Part shown: positions 20,294 through 29,471 of the stretch, piece by piece
How positions within the stretch are numbered: position 1 is the first letter of the stretch
Layout: the number at the start of each line of letters is the position of its first letter
Virus record (IMG/VR): IMGVR_UViG_3300045988_067569
Source: a virus
Length of the DNA: 64,000 bases
Strand: one strand, 5' to 3'
Position numbers and translations under genes: made by a program
The notes under the pieces: model-generated
The model's input: the letters and a program-made list of their open reading frames with translations, nothing else
Database searches by the model: none
What the model was told of the DNA's origin: nothing

Positions 20294-20589
20294 TAGTTAT
20301 TCAATTTAAATTCTACTTCTCTTAAAACAACATACGACTTGCCATCTTCTCCTTCTTGAACACATCCGTTAGCCTGCAAGAAGCTAATAATGAACTCCAT
20401 AGGGATATGATAACTATCTGTAACAAGCATACCGTTACTTATATGGTAACGTTCTTTTCTCTCTAATCTAGTGGGATTACCGTTTAGAGTAATCTCACCA
20501 GAATATTCATTCTCTTTATCAGGTTTAATCCCCTTTATGTAAATAGAACTGCCTGATTCAGCTAAGTAGACCTGTTGTATTACGCTCAT
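20293..20589 (-). CDS. hypothetical protein
   Basis: ORF track. Confidence 0.4.
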   Translation of the reverse strand: MSVIQQVYLAESGSSIYIKGIKPDKENEYSGEITLNGNPTRLERKERYHISNGMLVTDSYHIPMEFIISFLQANGCVQEGEDGKSYVVLREVEFKLNN

Positions 20590-21011
20590 AGTTCTGGAAC
20601 ATCTGAACGGTCATCATAATAGCCTTCATCCCCAACGAGCTGAGCCAAGCATCCGTGCATATACGGAACTAATTCCGGTCTTTCTCGATAAGTTCGGAAT
20701 AAAAGCCAACTCATGCTCATAGAGTTTCCAGTATGTCCGTTATCAAAGAACTGAAGTTTGTCCTTAATAGCATCAACTAAGTCGTATAAGCTCTCATATT
20801 GCTTCAAGAAGTCTTGATACTGTTCATCACCGAAATCTTGGAAAAATTCCGAGAATGAAAGAGCCTGCTTTATACATAACATTTCATACTCAAACAAGTC
20901 ATCCTCTTCAAAGGAATGGTCGGTTGCAGCTGAGAATAGACGATTAAATCGTTCGATTCTGTTTTGAAACTCTACGGGGAGAGTTTCTTTAGTAAGATTT
21001 TTGTAATTCAT
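20586..21011 (-). CDS. hypothetical protein
   Basis: ORF track. Confidence 0.4.
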   Translation of the reverse strand: MNYKNLTKETLPVEFQNRIERFNRLFSAATDHSFEEDDLFEYEMLCIKQALSFSEFFQDFGDEQYQDFLKQYESLYDLVDAIKDKLQFFDNGHTGNSMSMSWLLFRTYRERPELVPYMHGCLAQLVGDEGYYDDRSDVPEL

Positions 21012-21045
21012 AATCTAAAAATTAAGTATCTAATTAATTACTAGT

Positions 21046-21117
21046 AGCGGGAGAGGGACTCGAACCCTCGACCTTCAGGTTATGAGCCTGACTAGCTACC
21101 TCTGCTAACACCCCGCG
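21046..21117 (-). tRNA. tRNA-Met(CAT), elongator type (or Ile2)
   Basis: anticodon stem TCAGG/CCTGA with loop CTCATAA; T-arm GAGGG/TTCGAGT/CCCTC; the acceptor register is slightly ambiguous. Confidence 0.6.
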
Positions 21118-21120
21118 ATA

Positions 21121-21306
21121 TTACAAATGCTTTTTAAATATTTCACAATGATTGTATTCACCTCCCCAACGTATGGGATATTCTTCTTCCTTGGCTTTCT
21201 TATAGCCTTCGGCTTCCTTTTTATCCAGAAATATCTGACACTCAGTTTTATAGTTCTGAGGCGCATTAGCTGGATGATGGTTCACTACGACTACGTATAC
21301 TTTCAT
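21121..21306 (-). CDS. small hypothetical protein
   Basis: ORF track; lies on the same strand as its neighbours. Confidence 0.3.
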   Translation of the reverse strand: MKVYVVVVNHHPANAPQNYKTECQIFLDKKEAEGYKKAKEEEYPIRWGGEYNHCEIFKKHL

Positions 21307-21324
21307 AATTATTTAATTTTGTTG

Positions 21325-21397
21325 TGGACACGCAGGGACTCGAACCCTATCTTCCGGTGTGCAAAACCAGCGCTCTAGCCATTTGAGCTAACGGCCC
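21325..21397 (-). tRNA. tRNA-Ala(TGC) with a non-complementary acceptor stem (possible pseudogene or chimera)
   Basis: D-arm TAGCTCAAATGGCTAGAGCG, anticodon loop TTTGCAC and the T-arm are fine, but 5' GGGCCGT does not pair with 3' CGTGTCC. Confidence 0.45.
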
Positions 21398-22055
21398 ATG
21401 TTTGAGATTTTCTTTTTAATTGGTGACATAACTCATAAATTTCCACTGTTAGGATTCCATAACCTAACATCACCAGATAAGTTTTTTTTGTTTAAATCAT
21501 GTTCTAGTAGCATAAGTCCGCAACCATACTACTCTCTCAGTTCATCGACTATCGTATCAGAAAAGGTCTTTATGATTCCGCAGGGACTGGCTTCAACTTA
21601 AACCCCGAATGGATTTTTACCTTGCCAGGTCAGGATATTATTACGTTTCTAGCACTCTGAATTGATTTAGCCTGTTTAATCTTATAATCACGAACTACTT
21701 CTTTCATATAAGAGTTAAATTCCTTCATGTCTTTCCATGAAATCTCATTAGCTGGTTTCGGAGTTTGAAACATTTTGTACTTTTCTAATAGGTCTTTCAT
21801 TTCTCTCTTTAGTTTTCAAAGCGTTTTCACACGCTTGTTTCTTCATTACATATGGACAATCGCAATTTCCATTGTAATACCAACAACAATAATCACACTG
21901 ATGCATAATCTAGTATTTAAAAGTTAAAGTGGGTGCTAGCCGTTTCTATCCCACTATTGCGTACTACAGTGCTAGCTACCGTCCAAGTTACTCTCTTCCT
22001 CACATCGACTTGGAATTTGCTGGATTAATATTACTAGGAGGATTCAGCAAAAAGG

Positions 22056-22140
22056 CGTATGGTGCAGGATTCGAACCTGCGATGGGATTTCTCACGGTGG
22101 GTTAACAGCCCACTGCCGTCGGCCACTTGGCTAACCATAC
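22056..22140 (-). tRNA. type II (long variable arm) tRNA with anticodon GTT (Asn anticodon on a Ser/Tyr-type body)
   Basis: acceptor GTATGGT/ACCATAC, discriminator G, 3-bp D-stem, perfect anticodon stem GTGGG/CCCAC with loop CTGTTAA, 16-nt variable arm, T-loop TTCGAAT. Confidence 0.55.
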
Positions 22141-22456
22141 AATTAATTTTCTCCACAGGTGTAGATAAGTACCCCTTTGGTACTTACCTTTTAGTAGTAT
22201 CTTTACTCTAGACCTCTGTAGGGAGGTGGAATAGTTCCAGAAACTAACCATGTATAGCTCTTAGAACTCTGTTCAAAATACCACTTAGCAGCTTTCTTCA
22301 CAACATTAATTACTTTCTTCATAACATCAAAGTTTAAAATTGTTAATAATTAATCTAATTCAGAGCCACAAAAGGAGTTTCGTTGCGGAGGTAGGATTAT
22401 TTCCAAATAAATTTATATGCAGTTTTCAATTTCCCTTTTACACATAAACTAATCTT

Positions 22457-23032
22457 CTAGCGAACACCTCCATTATAAGTTTTAGCATAACCATTGTCTA
22501 CTAACCAGTGTGCAGCATCGGCTATACTGTTCCAAGTCCTGATAAAATTATTATTTAAATCATACTGAGATATTGATACAGGTTGCTTGCAACTTCCCAA
22601 ATAAAATTTGTTCTTTGGTATATTGTTTATATTTATTACTTTAGAAACTGTATCAACAGAACATTGCATTTTGGCGGAAACTTCAATCATTGTCATTCCG
22701 CTAGTATATAAAGATATTATTTCTTTATAATCGAATAAGATAGCTCCATCGCCTCCCATAGTAGCATTATAGCCATTTGAGTATGTGTCTAGCTTATCTA
22801 TAAATTGAATTTCATAAGAAGCTAATTCCTCATCATCACATTCATACAGCTACTCAACTATAAAGTTCTCGATCCCATACTTGTTCATAGCATCATATAG
22901 CGGCCTCTTTTCACATCTTTCCTTCTTGCAATCATTACAATGTTCTTTAAATCTCTTAGTTACAGAATAAGTAGTTTTTCCAACATACTATTTTCCATTA
23001 ATTAAATTTGTAATACAATAAATATATCCCAT
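22457..23032 (-). CDS. GIY-YIG homing endonuclease, full length only if two in-frame TAG codons are read as sense
   Basis: MGYIYCITNLINGK-TAG-YVGKTT...RPLYDAMNKYGIENF...-TAG-...GYNATMGGDG; the downstream part is ORF 22457..22759. Confidence 0.65.
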
Positions 23033-23116
23033 GTTCTATTCTTATTTAAAATTAAACATATTAGTAAGATTAGCGTTATCCAACTCACACCACGTGGAGG
23101 TTCTTACTTGTGAGTC

Positions 23117-23195
23117 TTGCGGAGGTAGGATTCGAACCGTTTATGACGATTTCTAGGTTATGAGCCTAGCGAGATGACCACTTCTCTACTCCACG
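23117..23195 (-). tRNA. tRNA-Met-like (CAT), initiator-like C1/A72 end but disrupted T-stem; possibly degenerate
   Basis: D-arm GAGA/AGTGGTCA/TCTC, anticodon stem CTAGG/CCTAG with loop CTCATAA, T-loop TTCGAAT, but T-stem halves AACGG/CCTAC do not pair and there is an extra CGTCATAAA segment. Confidence 0.35.
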
Positions 23196-23341
23196 ATATT
23201 GGCAGCTACTTTACATCCGCTACCCAGGGATGCCTCTATCACCAGTGAGGCACGGACTATTCTAACCGTATAGCACGACTGGTTGGTAACGTCTCCAGAC
23301 ACGGCATTTAGACTGAAAATGTCGAAACAGTGATTTAAAGA

Positions 23342-23977
23342 TTAAATAGGCTCTGGAAGATATTTCCAAATATAGCCATACTATGATTTGGTTTTATTCT
23401 TACAGCATCCTATAATATGACTCTATGCAGATTTATTGTCAGTAATTCCGTTATTAATTAACCATTCCTAAGCTTCTCTGGAACCAAAGAATACCTGTAT
23501 AAAATTACCTGCTAAGTCATACTAAGCAATTAACTTTGCGTTACTTTTTCTAATTTTTATATTATTTGCCTTCAAAACTTTGTAAATAGTGTCTTTACAG
23601 CACCCTATTTTTTCTTGTATCTAAGAACTAGTATATCCCAATCTAGCTAATTCTACAATTTCACTATGATTGTATAGAATAGTGCCATCTCCTCCTTTAG
23701 AGGCATTGTACCCATTAGAACCATAAGTTCCTAGCTCTTTTATCCAATAGATTTCTCTTTCAGATAATTCAGAGTTACTATCTACATATTCCAATTCCTC
23801 TATCATAAAGTTCTCAACACCATACTTATTCATGGCATCATATAAAGGTCTTTTGTTGCATCTTTCTTTCTAAAAGTCATAACAATGTTCCTTCCAGCGC
23901 TCTTCTATAGAAGTAGTAGTTTTTCCTACGTATCGCTTGCTATTAATTAAATTTGTAATGCAATAAATATATGCCAT
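23342..23977 (-). CDS. GIY-YIG homing endonuclease paralog requiring read-through of about six in-frame TAG codons
   Basis: MAYIYCITNLINSKRYVGKTT...RWKEHCYDF-TAG-KERCNKRPLYDAMNKYGVENF...; C-terminal half is homologous to the 22457-23032 paralog; ends TAA at 23342. Confidence 0.6.
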
Positions 23978-23997
23978 ATTTTTAAATTTAAAATTAG

Positions 23998-24082
23998 AAT
24001 CCGTGGAGGGATTCGAACCCTCATTAAAGATTTCTCTTTTCAGTTTTGCAGACTGATGGCTAAACCATTCACCCACACGGAT
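23998..24082 (-). tRNA. type II (long variable arm) tRNA with anticodon GCA (Cys anticodon)
   Basis: acceptor ATCCGTG/CACGGAT, anticodon stem TCAGT/ACTGA with loop CTGCAAA, 17-nt variable arm with internal stem AAAGA/TCTTT, T-arm GAGGG/TTCGAAT/CCCTC. Confidence 0.5.
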
Positions 24083-24160
24083 ATTAAGATTTAAAGTACT
24101 TCTCTCTAAATGGGATATTAAATAATGAATCATTAATATCCTTATCAGTTATTTCCCTAC

Positions 24161-24385
24161 CTAGAGCCTTCTCCGCACATTCGCTACAGATAAACACATG
24201 GTGGTCTGGATAATAATCTTTACCTCCCCTTTGTAATAAGAGGAGAATTTCTTTGCAGCTTCTTTTTCAAAATTGGTTAGCTTAAAGTAATTTATTATCT
24301 TGTTCCAAACCTCATCAATAAACATTGGAGAGTTATGGTCTCCATAATAAAATTCTTTATTACATACTGTACACTTTATTTTCAT
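24161..24385 (-). CDS. small zinc-ribbon protein
   Basis: CxxC near N-terminus. Confidence 0.35.
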   Translation of the reverse strand: MKIKCTVCNKEFYYGDHNSPMFIDEVWNKIINYFKLTNFEKEAAKKFSSYYKGEVKIIIQTTMCLSVANVRRRL

Positions 24386-24400
24386 AAAACTTAAATTTTG

Positions 24401-24472
24401 AGTAGGTAATGAGAATCGAACTCACATCCTCGGCATGGCAAGCCGATGCACTAACCGTTGTGCTATACCTAC
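24401..24472 (-). tRNA. tRNA-Gly(GCC)
   Basis: acceptor GTAGGTA/TACCTAC, anticodon stem TCGGC/GCCGA with loop TTGCCAT, discriminator U. Confidence 0.8.
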
Positions 24473-24477
24473 AAATG

Positions 24478-24552
24478 TGCAGATAGAGAGACTCGAACTC
24501 TCCCCTTCAGATTGGAAGTCTGACGTGCTCAAACCATTAACACCACATCTGC
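24478..24552 (-). tRNA. tRNA-Gly(TCC)
   Basis: anticodon stem TCAGA/TCTGA with loop CTTCCAA; T-loop TTCGAGT. Confidence 0.75.
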
Positions 24553-24586
24553 ATAAGGAGAGTTATACGATACTCTCCTAAACGAA

Positions 24587-24931
24587 TTACTCAGATAACA
24601 GCTCCTGCATATCAATCTCGCCAGCTACCTTAGTAATAGCGATTTTGAACGGATTCCCCTTGATTTTGTCAAACAAGTGAGCATCACGAGTTTCTTTCAC
24701 CTCGTCAGGGACGTTAAATTTCTTCTTGCCTTTCTCTATGGTTTTCCATGTAACCACCTCGCAGCGAGTTATCTCGTAAACGCTGTCGTTTCGGTCAACG
24801 TAAACCTTGAAAAAGTTCTTTTTGTAGTTGAACTTCTCAACCCTTTTGAAATTCTTGGGATGAGCGTGGAACTTCAAGTCGCATTTTCCATTAGCTAAGA
24901 AAATCAATTCTGCCATAATAATACTCCGCAT
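24587..24931 (-). CDS. hypothetical protein
   Basis: ORF track. Confidence 0.4.
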   Translation of the reverse strand: MRSIIMAELIFLANGKCDLKFHAHPKNFKRVEKFNYKKNFFKVYVDRNDSVYEITRCEVVTWKTIEKGKKKFNVPDEVKETRDAHLFDKIKGNPFKIAITKVAGEIDMQELLSE

Positions 24932-25052
24932 AGTCGGAGATTCAAAGTTAAACTATGTTAATTCCAGTCTTTCGTCTGGCACTCCACCTCGTTTTAACCA
25001 ATAGCTACTATTATTCACTATTTGAGCTAAGCTCTAAACTGGGATAAAGGTA

Positions 25053-25412
25053 TTAGTCTATGTAAATAAACGGTTTTCCAAATTCTTCCATGAAGGACTC
25101 GAACCATCCCTCCATTTCTTCGTCACTATCAAAATAGATAGATTCATCATGTCTTTTAGAGAACTCTAAAATGATATGAGGTTTCTGATATACTATTCCA
25201 TCCTTGTAGAAGGCATATCTCTTCTCTAAAGATGAAATCATTTTTTCTTCCGTATAAGTTCCAAAACATGGGTCCCAATAATACCAATAATCTCGATGTA
25301 TTTTCCAAAACAAGAATCGGTAATCGTCCACATAATGTACCCAATCAGGATGCTTTCTAGTTTTAAAAACTAAAACTCTCTTTACTAAACTTCCATTAAT
25401 ATACTTGTCCAT
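25053..25412 (-). CDS. hypothetical protein
   Basis: ORF track. Confidence 0.4.
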   Translation of the reverse strand: MDKYINGSLVKRVLVFKTRKHPDWVHYVDDYRFLFWKIHRDYWYYWDPCFGTYTEEKMISSLEKRYAFYKDGIVYQKPHIILEFSKRHDESIYFDSDEEMEGWFESFMEEFGKPFIYID

Positions 25413-25415
25413 ACT

Positions 25416-26051
25416 TTAATCCCAATATTCTGGGCAGTTTTCAGTCATTAATAATCCCTTTTCGCAAAAGCCTTTATCATAGAAAATGCAGGATGAACAC
25501 GAAAGATTGTCCCTAGATTCATATTCTTGAATACCTTCTTGAATATCTCTTTTTGCTTTATATCTGTCCTTTCTATTCTCTTTCTTGTATTCATATTGCA
25601 TCATTCTGCTTCTATAAGGAGAAGTACAATTCTTAAGCATCTTTGCGTATTTAGAACTATCAAGGAAATCCGTAATTGACTCACAGACCTTCAACGCCTT
25701 ATTCCTTATTATAGGAACATTATACCTTACATTGGCTTTAATCCCGGCAACAGGTACGTAAAATTTACCGCAAGCGTTGTAAACCTTTTTAGCTCTCGAA
25801 ATCCACTTTCTTTTAGAAAGTTCTCTTCTCAATTCTCTATCCATAAGCAATAAGATTAGTGTAGAATCTAGAGTGGGATTCGAACCCACGAAACACGGTT
25901 TTGCAGACCGTTCCCTTAGACCGCTCGGGCATCTAGACATAAAGGGGAGACTAGCTCCCCAAGTTTTATAGTACCAAAGAGTTGTAAGTACCTCTACGAT
26001 ACAGAGACGGTTTACTATTTGGATCTTTAACCCAGTAGTAGTTAACCTCAT
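25416..26051 (-). CDS. hypothetical Cys-rich protein
   Basis: ORF track. Confidence 0.4.
   Translation of the reverse strand: MRLTTTGLKIQIVNRLCIVEVLTTLWYYKTWGASLPFMSRCPSGLRERSAKPCFVGSNPTLDSTLILLLMDRELRRELSKRKWISRAKKVYNACGKFYVPVAGIKANVRYNVPIIRNKALKVCESITDFLDSSKYAKMLKNCTSPYRSRMMQYEYKKENRKDRYKAKRDIQEGIQEYESRDNLSCSSCIFYDKGFCEKGLLMTENCPEYWD
25864..25937 (-). tRNA. tRNA-Cys(GCA)
   Basis: acceptor GTCTAGA/TCTAGAT, discriminator U73, anticodon stem ACGGT/ACCGT with loop CTGCAAA, short variable loop; lies within the 3' end of ORF 25416..26051, so that ORF's extent is doubtful. Confidence 0.7.
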
Positions 26052-27378
26052 TATTTTCCTTAGTAACTACGATTCCCAACTTTTTGTCAATCGCAATGAT
26101 TTCCTCATCATAGAAGTCGTCTCCAACTGACAGATTTGCGAACTTAATATCCGAGGATACATAGAAATATGACAGACTGTGGAAATTGTGGCGACGATAT
26201 TCATAATACTCGTTAAGAGCTTTTCTTTCCTCAACAGTGCAGTTATCCTCATCGTCTACAATAGGCTTCGGTATCGGATTGTTGAATCTCTCAACAGCTT
26301 TATAGAACTCCTCAATAGAGAATTTACTCTTATCGGCAGAAATCTCATAAGCATATGCATAACCTCTGACGCAGGAATAGTCATACTCATTAGTTACTAC
26401 ATTGAAGAAGCTCTTAGCTCTTCTCAATCCTTCTATACCGTGAATATTGACCTCATTAACTATAGTTTTGAGAATATCAATAGTAGATATAGTCAAAGAA
26501 TCAATGAAATCAAGCAAATCTTGACGAGCTTCCGGCACTTGAAGTGCGTCGTCCAGATATTCGTTCACAACCTTCAAATCCAAGTTGCCAAATTCCTTGA
26601 CATAACGGATTCTAGACGGACGTCCTACCATATTCTCATTGATGGTCATGGCATTAGTAGTAAGCAGGAAAACCTTGCGATACTTAGAGTTGTAAACACC
26701 GTCCATGATTTGCAAGATAGTAGAATCCGATTCACTGAAATTCTTTTCAAATTCATCCAAGAACAGAATGCAATCTCCTTCAATACCAGAAAGGAACTCA
26801 ATCATAGATTGATTATGGTCTCCCATATCCTTTACGATAATGATGGGCAGATTTAGCTTGTTAGCTAGTTCCTTAGCGGTAACAGTCTTTCCAGTGCCCT
26901 TTGTACCAGTAAGCATAATTCCGAGATTGCCTTCTGTAGCGTGATACGTCTTAATTACATGGTCAATAAACTCGTTCTGCAAACCATACATTTTGTACGG
27001 GAATACAAACTTATCCGCATATCTGTCTAGGTGATAACCTGTCATTGTCAGACAAATACTGTAGATTCCAACTGGGAGAGACTGCTCAACGCTATAGCCT
27101 GAGCTTACCTGGGTATATGTAGACCCAGAACACATCCAAACTTTGTTCATTTTTTCTTTTTCTAGGTTACTTAAAACAGATGCCTGTTTGAGACATCCTA
27201 CTAATTGATTAGCTATAGATTCTATAGCTTCTTTGTTATCAGTTTCCTCTGAGAGTCTTTTTACAAACCACTCTTTAGAACGGGCAACTATTTGCTCATC
27301 AGTCTCATTTTCAGAGATTGTTTCAGCAAATTCATGGTAGATATTAGTCAGCTTACCTTCTAATTCTTCTACGGTCAT
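25966..27378 (-). CDS. AAA+ ATPase
   Basis: Walker A GTKGTGKT and Walker B ILFLDEFE motifs. Confidence 0.7.
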   Translation of the reverse strand: MTVEELEGKLTNIYHEFAETISENETDEQIVARSKEWFVKRLSEETDNKEAIESIANQLVGCLKQASVLSNLEKEKMNKVWMCSGSTYTQVSSGYSVEQSLPVGIYSICLTMTGYHLDRYADKFVFPYKMYGLQNEFIDHVIKTYHATEGNLGIMLTGTKGTGKTVTAKELANKLNLPIIIVKDMGDHNQSMIEFLSGIEGDCILFLDEFEKNFSESDSTILQIMDGVYNSKYRKVFLLTTNAMTINENMVGRPSRIRYVKEFGNLDLKVVNEYLDDALQVPEARQDLLDFIDSLTISTIDILKTIVNEVNIHGIEGLRRAKSFFNVVTNEYDYSCVRGYAYAYEISADKSKFSIEEFYKAVERFNNPIPKPIVDDEDNCTVEERKALNEYYEYRRHNFHSLSYFYVSSDIKFANLSVGDDFYDEEIIAIDKKLGIVVTKENNEVNYYWVKDPNSKPSLYRRGTYNSLVL

Positions 27379-27564
27379 TAGTAATCCTCCTCGTTATGTT
27401 CATTAGTTATGAGAGAACGAGCCTTTTCCATACCAGATTCGTAAGCCTCTGTAACAAACACTATGGCAGTTTTTAGGTCCATTTGACCCATGGAATTGCC
27501 ATTGTCTACCATCTCCTGAATAATTTCACTTAACTCTTTCATATTACTTAATAAATAAAAGTTG

Positions 27565-27646
27565 TAGGGTAGGAGGGACTCGAACCCTCACGCCTTGCGG
27601 CACTAGATCCTAAGTCTAGCGCGTCTACCAATTCCGCCACTACCCC
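27565..27646 (-). tRNA. tRNA-Leu(TAG), long variable arm
   Basis: D-arm GTGGCGGAATTGGTAGACGC, anticodon stem CTAGA/TCTAG with loop CTTAGGA, variable arm GCCGCAAGGCGT. Confidence 0.8.
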
Positions 27647-27651
27647 AACTG

Positions 27652-28113
27652 TTAGGTTGCTTTTATTTCTTTAGCAACCTTAACCATTTCGTTATATTTC
27701 TCTACTACTTTATTAAAGTCTTCTTCAGATATTTGAAAAACTTTGTGAGAGTTTCCATACCACTCTTCTTGACCAGGAAGCCACATTACATTAATATATC
27801 TCTTCTTTTCTAATTCCATATGTACCTTAGATGAATCAATATAAACTGAATAGGCATCCTCTTCGATTCTACTACTTCGTGGATCTGTTGGGTCGGATGT
27901 AAGTCTGAAAAACATTGTTGACATACCATTGAAGTCTATCTTGAAACACTTTCCTATATAGCTTTTAAGTAGTGCTTTATGTCTATTATCGCTATCTACC
28001 TTCTCTTGGTGTCTCTTCCGTTCTTCTTCCTTAACATATTCATTATACTCTCTTAGAGAGCTATCTGGATGCTTGTCCAGATATTCTTCTATAGGACTCT
28101 TTCTTCCCCACAT
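27652..28113 (-). CDS. hypothetical protein
   Basis: ORF track. Confidence 0.4.
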   Translation of the reverse strand: MWGRKSPIEEYLDKHPDSSLREYNEYVKEEERKRHQEKVDSDNRHKALLKSYIGKCFKIDFNGMSTMFFRLTSDPTDPRSSRIEEDAYSVYIDSSKVHMELEKKRYINVMWLPGQEEWYGNSHKVFQISEEDFNKVVEKYNEMVKVAKEIKAT

Positions 28114-28114
28114 A

Positions 28115-28525
28115 TTATACTACTTTAAGATGGCAATAAATACTAAATTCTGGAATTGGAATCCAAGTTGCAATACCATTGCTATCTACTGGTTTACCCT
28201 TGTTGATTGTACAAATAGTGATATGAGGTTTAGCATTTGCACAAGGCAGATATTGGTCTCCCAATTCTACTCCAAAAGCTATTGCTTTCTCAGAAATCCC
28301 TATTTTGTTTACAATTAATCGAAAATTACCATCTATACGATATTGTAGGTCATTAGCCATCTTTTCTTCATGTTGATTTTTATGGAGAAGAGTGCAATGA
28401 TCTAAATAAATAGTACTTCCTCTTTGGAACACCAGATTGCAAATAATGGGATTTCCAATGATAACTTGCATAAGTTTGTTTCTAGTTGGTTCATCTAAGA
28501 ACAATCCAAAATACTGATAATTCAT
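28115..28525 (-). CDS. hypothetical protein
   Basis: ORF track. Confidence 0.4.
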   Translation of the reverse strand: MNYQYFGLFLDEPTRNKLMQVIIGNPIICNLVFQRGSTIYLDHCTLLHKNQHEEKMANDLQYRIDGNFRLIVNKIGISEKAIAFGVELGDQYLPCANAKPHITICTINKGKPVDSNGIATWIPIPEFSIYCHLKVV

Positions 28526-28663
28526 AAGTTTTATTTTTTAATTATTTGAAATCAGACCTCATACCCGTTCCATGGAGCGCAATATAAGCCGACTATACTC
28601 GTGGCAACCTATATTACTTGATATGTCTTTTCGGTTGTACTACTTTCTCCGTATCTGATTATG

Positions 28664-28732
28664 TGAACCTATTGGGACTTGAACCCAAATCTAGCCAACG
28701 CGTCTAGACCTTTATTCCAATTAGGTAGGCTC
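28664..28732 (-). tRNA. tRNA-like gene with aberrant anticodon arm (5-bp stem TCTAG/CTAGA closing a 9-nt loop ACGCGTTGG); isotype undetermined
   Basis: acceptor GAGCCTA/TAGGTTC, D-region with GG, T-arm TTGGG/TTCAAGT/CCCAA; no 7-nt anticodon loop can be drawn. Confidence 0.35.
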
Positions 28733-28737
28733 AAGTG

Positions 28738-28781
28738 TGGACCTAGAGGGCTTTGAACCCCCGACCTTCTGATTATGAGTC
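28738..28781 (-). tRNA. 3' half of an interrupted tRNA-Met-like gene (anticodon loop CTCATAA, TCAGA, variable AGGTC, T-arm, acceptor TAGGTCC-A)
   Basis: no adjacent 5' stem strand; its acceptor strand is the exact complement of GGACCTA at 29511-29517; the HNH ORF stop codon overlaps the anticodon loop (GAC TCA TAA). Confidence 0.55.
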
Positions 28782-29429
28782 TTTCTTTCTTATTCCTTGA
28801 ATAACTCTGCGAGTTAATCCAAAATGCTGAGCAACTTTCTCCCAATTCTTAAGTATTTCGTACTGCTCATTTACTTCTTCTAGAGAAGGATAATGTTTAT
28901 CAGCATCTCTGCATTCCTTAGAACAGTATATCTTACCCTTAGATTTAGGAAATCTTTTGCCGCATACTGGGCATACAGACCCAGTCATATTTTCAAAAGA
29001 CGTCTTATCTTTAGCTTCAGTATTAACTAAATCTTCAACTTCGTCCATTCCCAAGTGAGGGTTATGTACTTCTCTATGACAATTAGCGCATAGAAGTTGA
29101 CATTTATCTGCTTCCTCTTTAAGCCTTTCTAGACTTGTATTAGATAAATGTCTCATATCTAACTGAAACTCTTTCTCATCTGGATTAATATGGTGAAATT
29201 CTAGAACAGCTATGTTTCTATCATAGCCGCATAGTTCACATTTACCACCACGAGATTTTACTAGCTCTAATTTGCGCTTTAAACCTCTTAACTTCTGTGT
29301 ATTATAATCATTGTAATTCATATACAAATATATATGAAAATAATCATAATACCAAATGTTTTGGTGCAAAATTAAAAATTCAATCCAGAAGTTGTAGGGA
29401 CGGTGGGGTTTGAACCCACGTGCGACCAA
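28773..29429 (-). CDS. HNH homing endonuclease (zinc-binding), located between the two halves of the split tRNA
   Basis: CELCGY...LEFHHINP...LLCANCHREVH HNH motif; C-terminal CPVCG...CSKEC zinc ribbon. Confidence 0.75.
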   Translation of the reverse strand: MVARGFKPHRPYNFWIEFLILHQNIWYYDYFHIYLYMNYNDYNTQKLRGLKRKLELVKSRGGKCELCGYDRNIAVLEFHHINPDEKEFQLDMRHLSNTSLERLKEEADKCQLLCANCHREVHNPHLGMDEVEDLVNTEAKDKTSFENMTGSVCPVCGKRFPKSKGKIYCSKECRDADKHYPSLEEVNEQYEILKNWEKVAQHFGLTRRVIQGIRKKDS

Positions 29430-29471
29430 CTACCCTTTCTACAAGGTATAAGCTTGAGGGGATACGTCCCT
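29395..29471 (-). ncRNA. tRNA-like element without a canonical D-arm (acceptor AGGGACG/CGTCCCT, hairpin CCTT-GTAGAA-AGGG, T-arm GTGGG/TTCAAAC/CCCAC)
   Basis: hand fold; homologous to the 18876-18960 element. Confidence 0.4.

Noticed and set aside
26179-26856. Plus-strand 225-aa ORF
   Set aside because: Antisense shadow of the AAA ATPase gene 25966..27378, which has clear Walker motifs.
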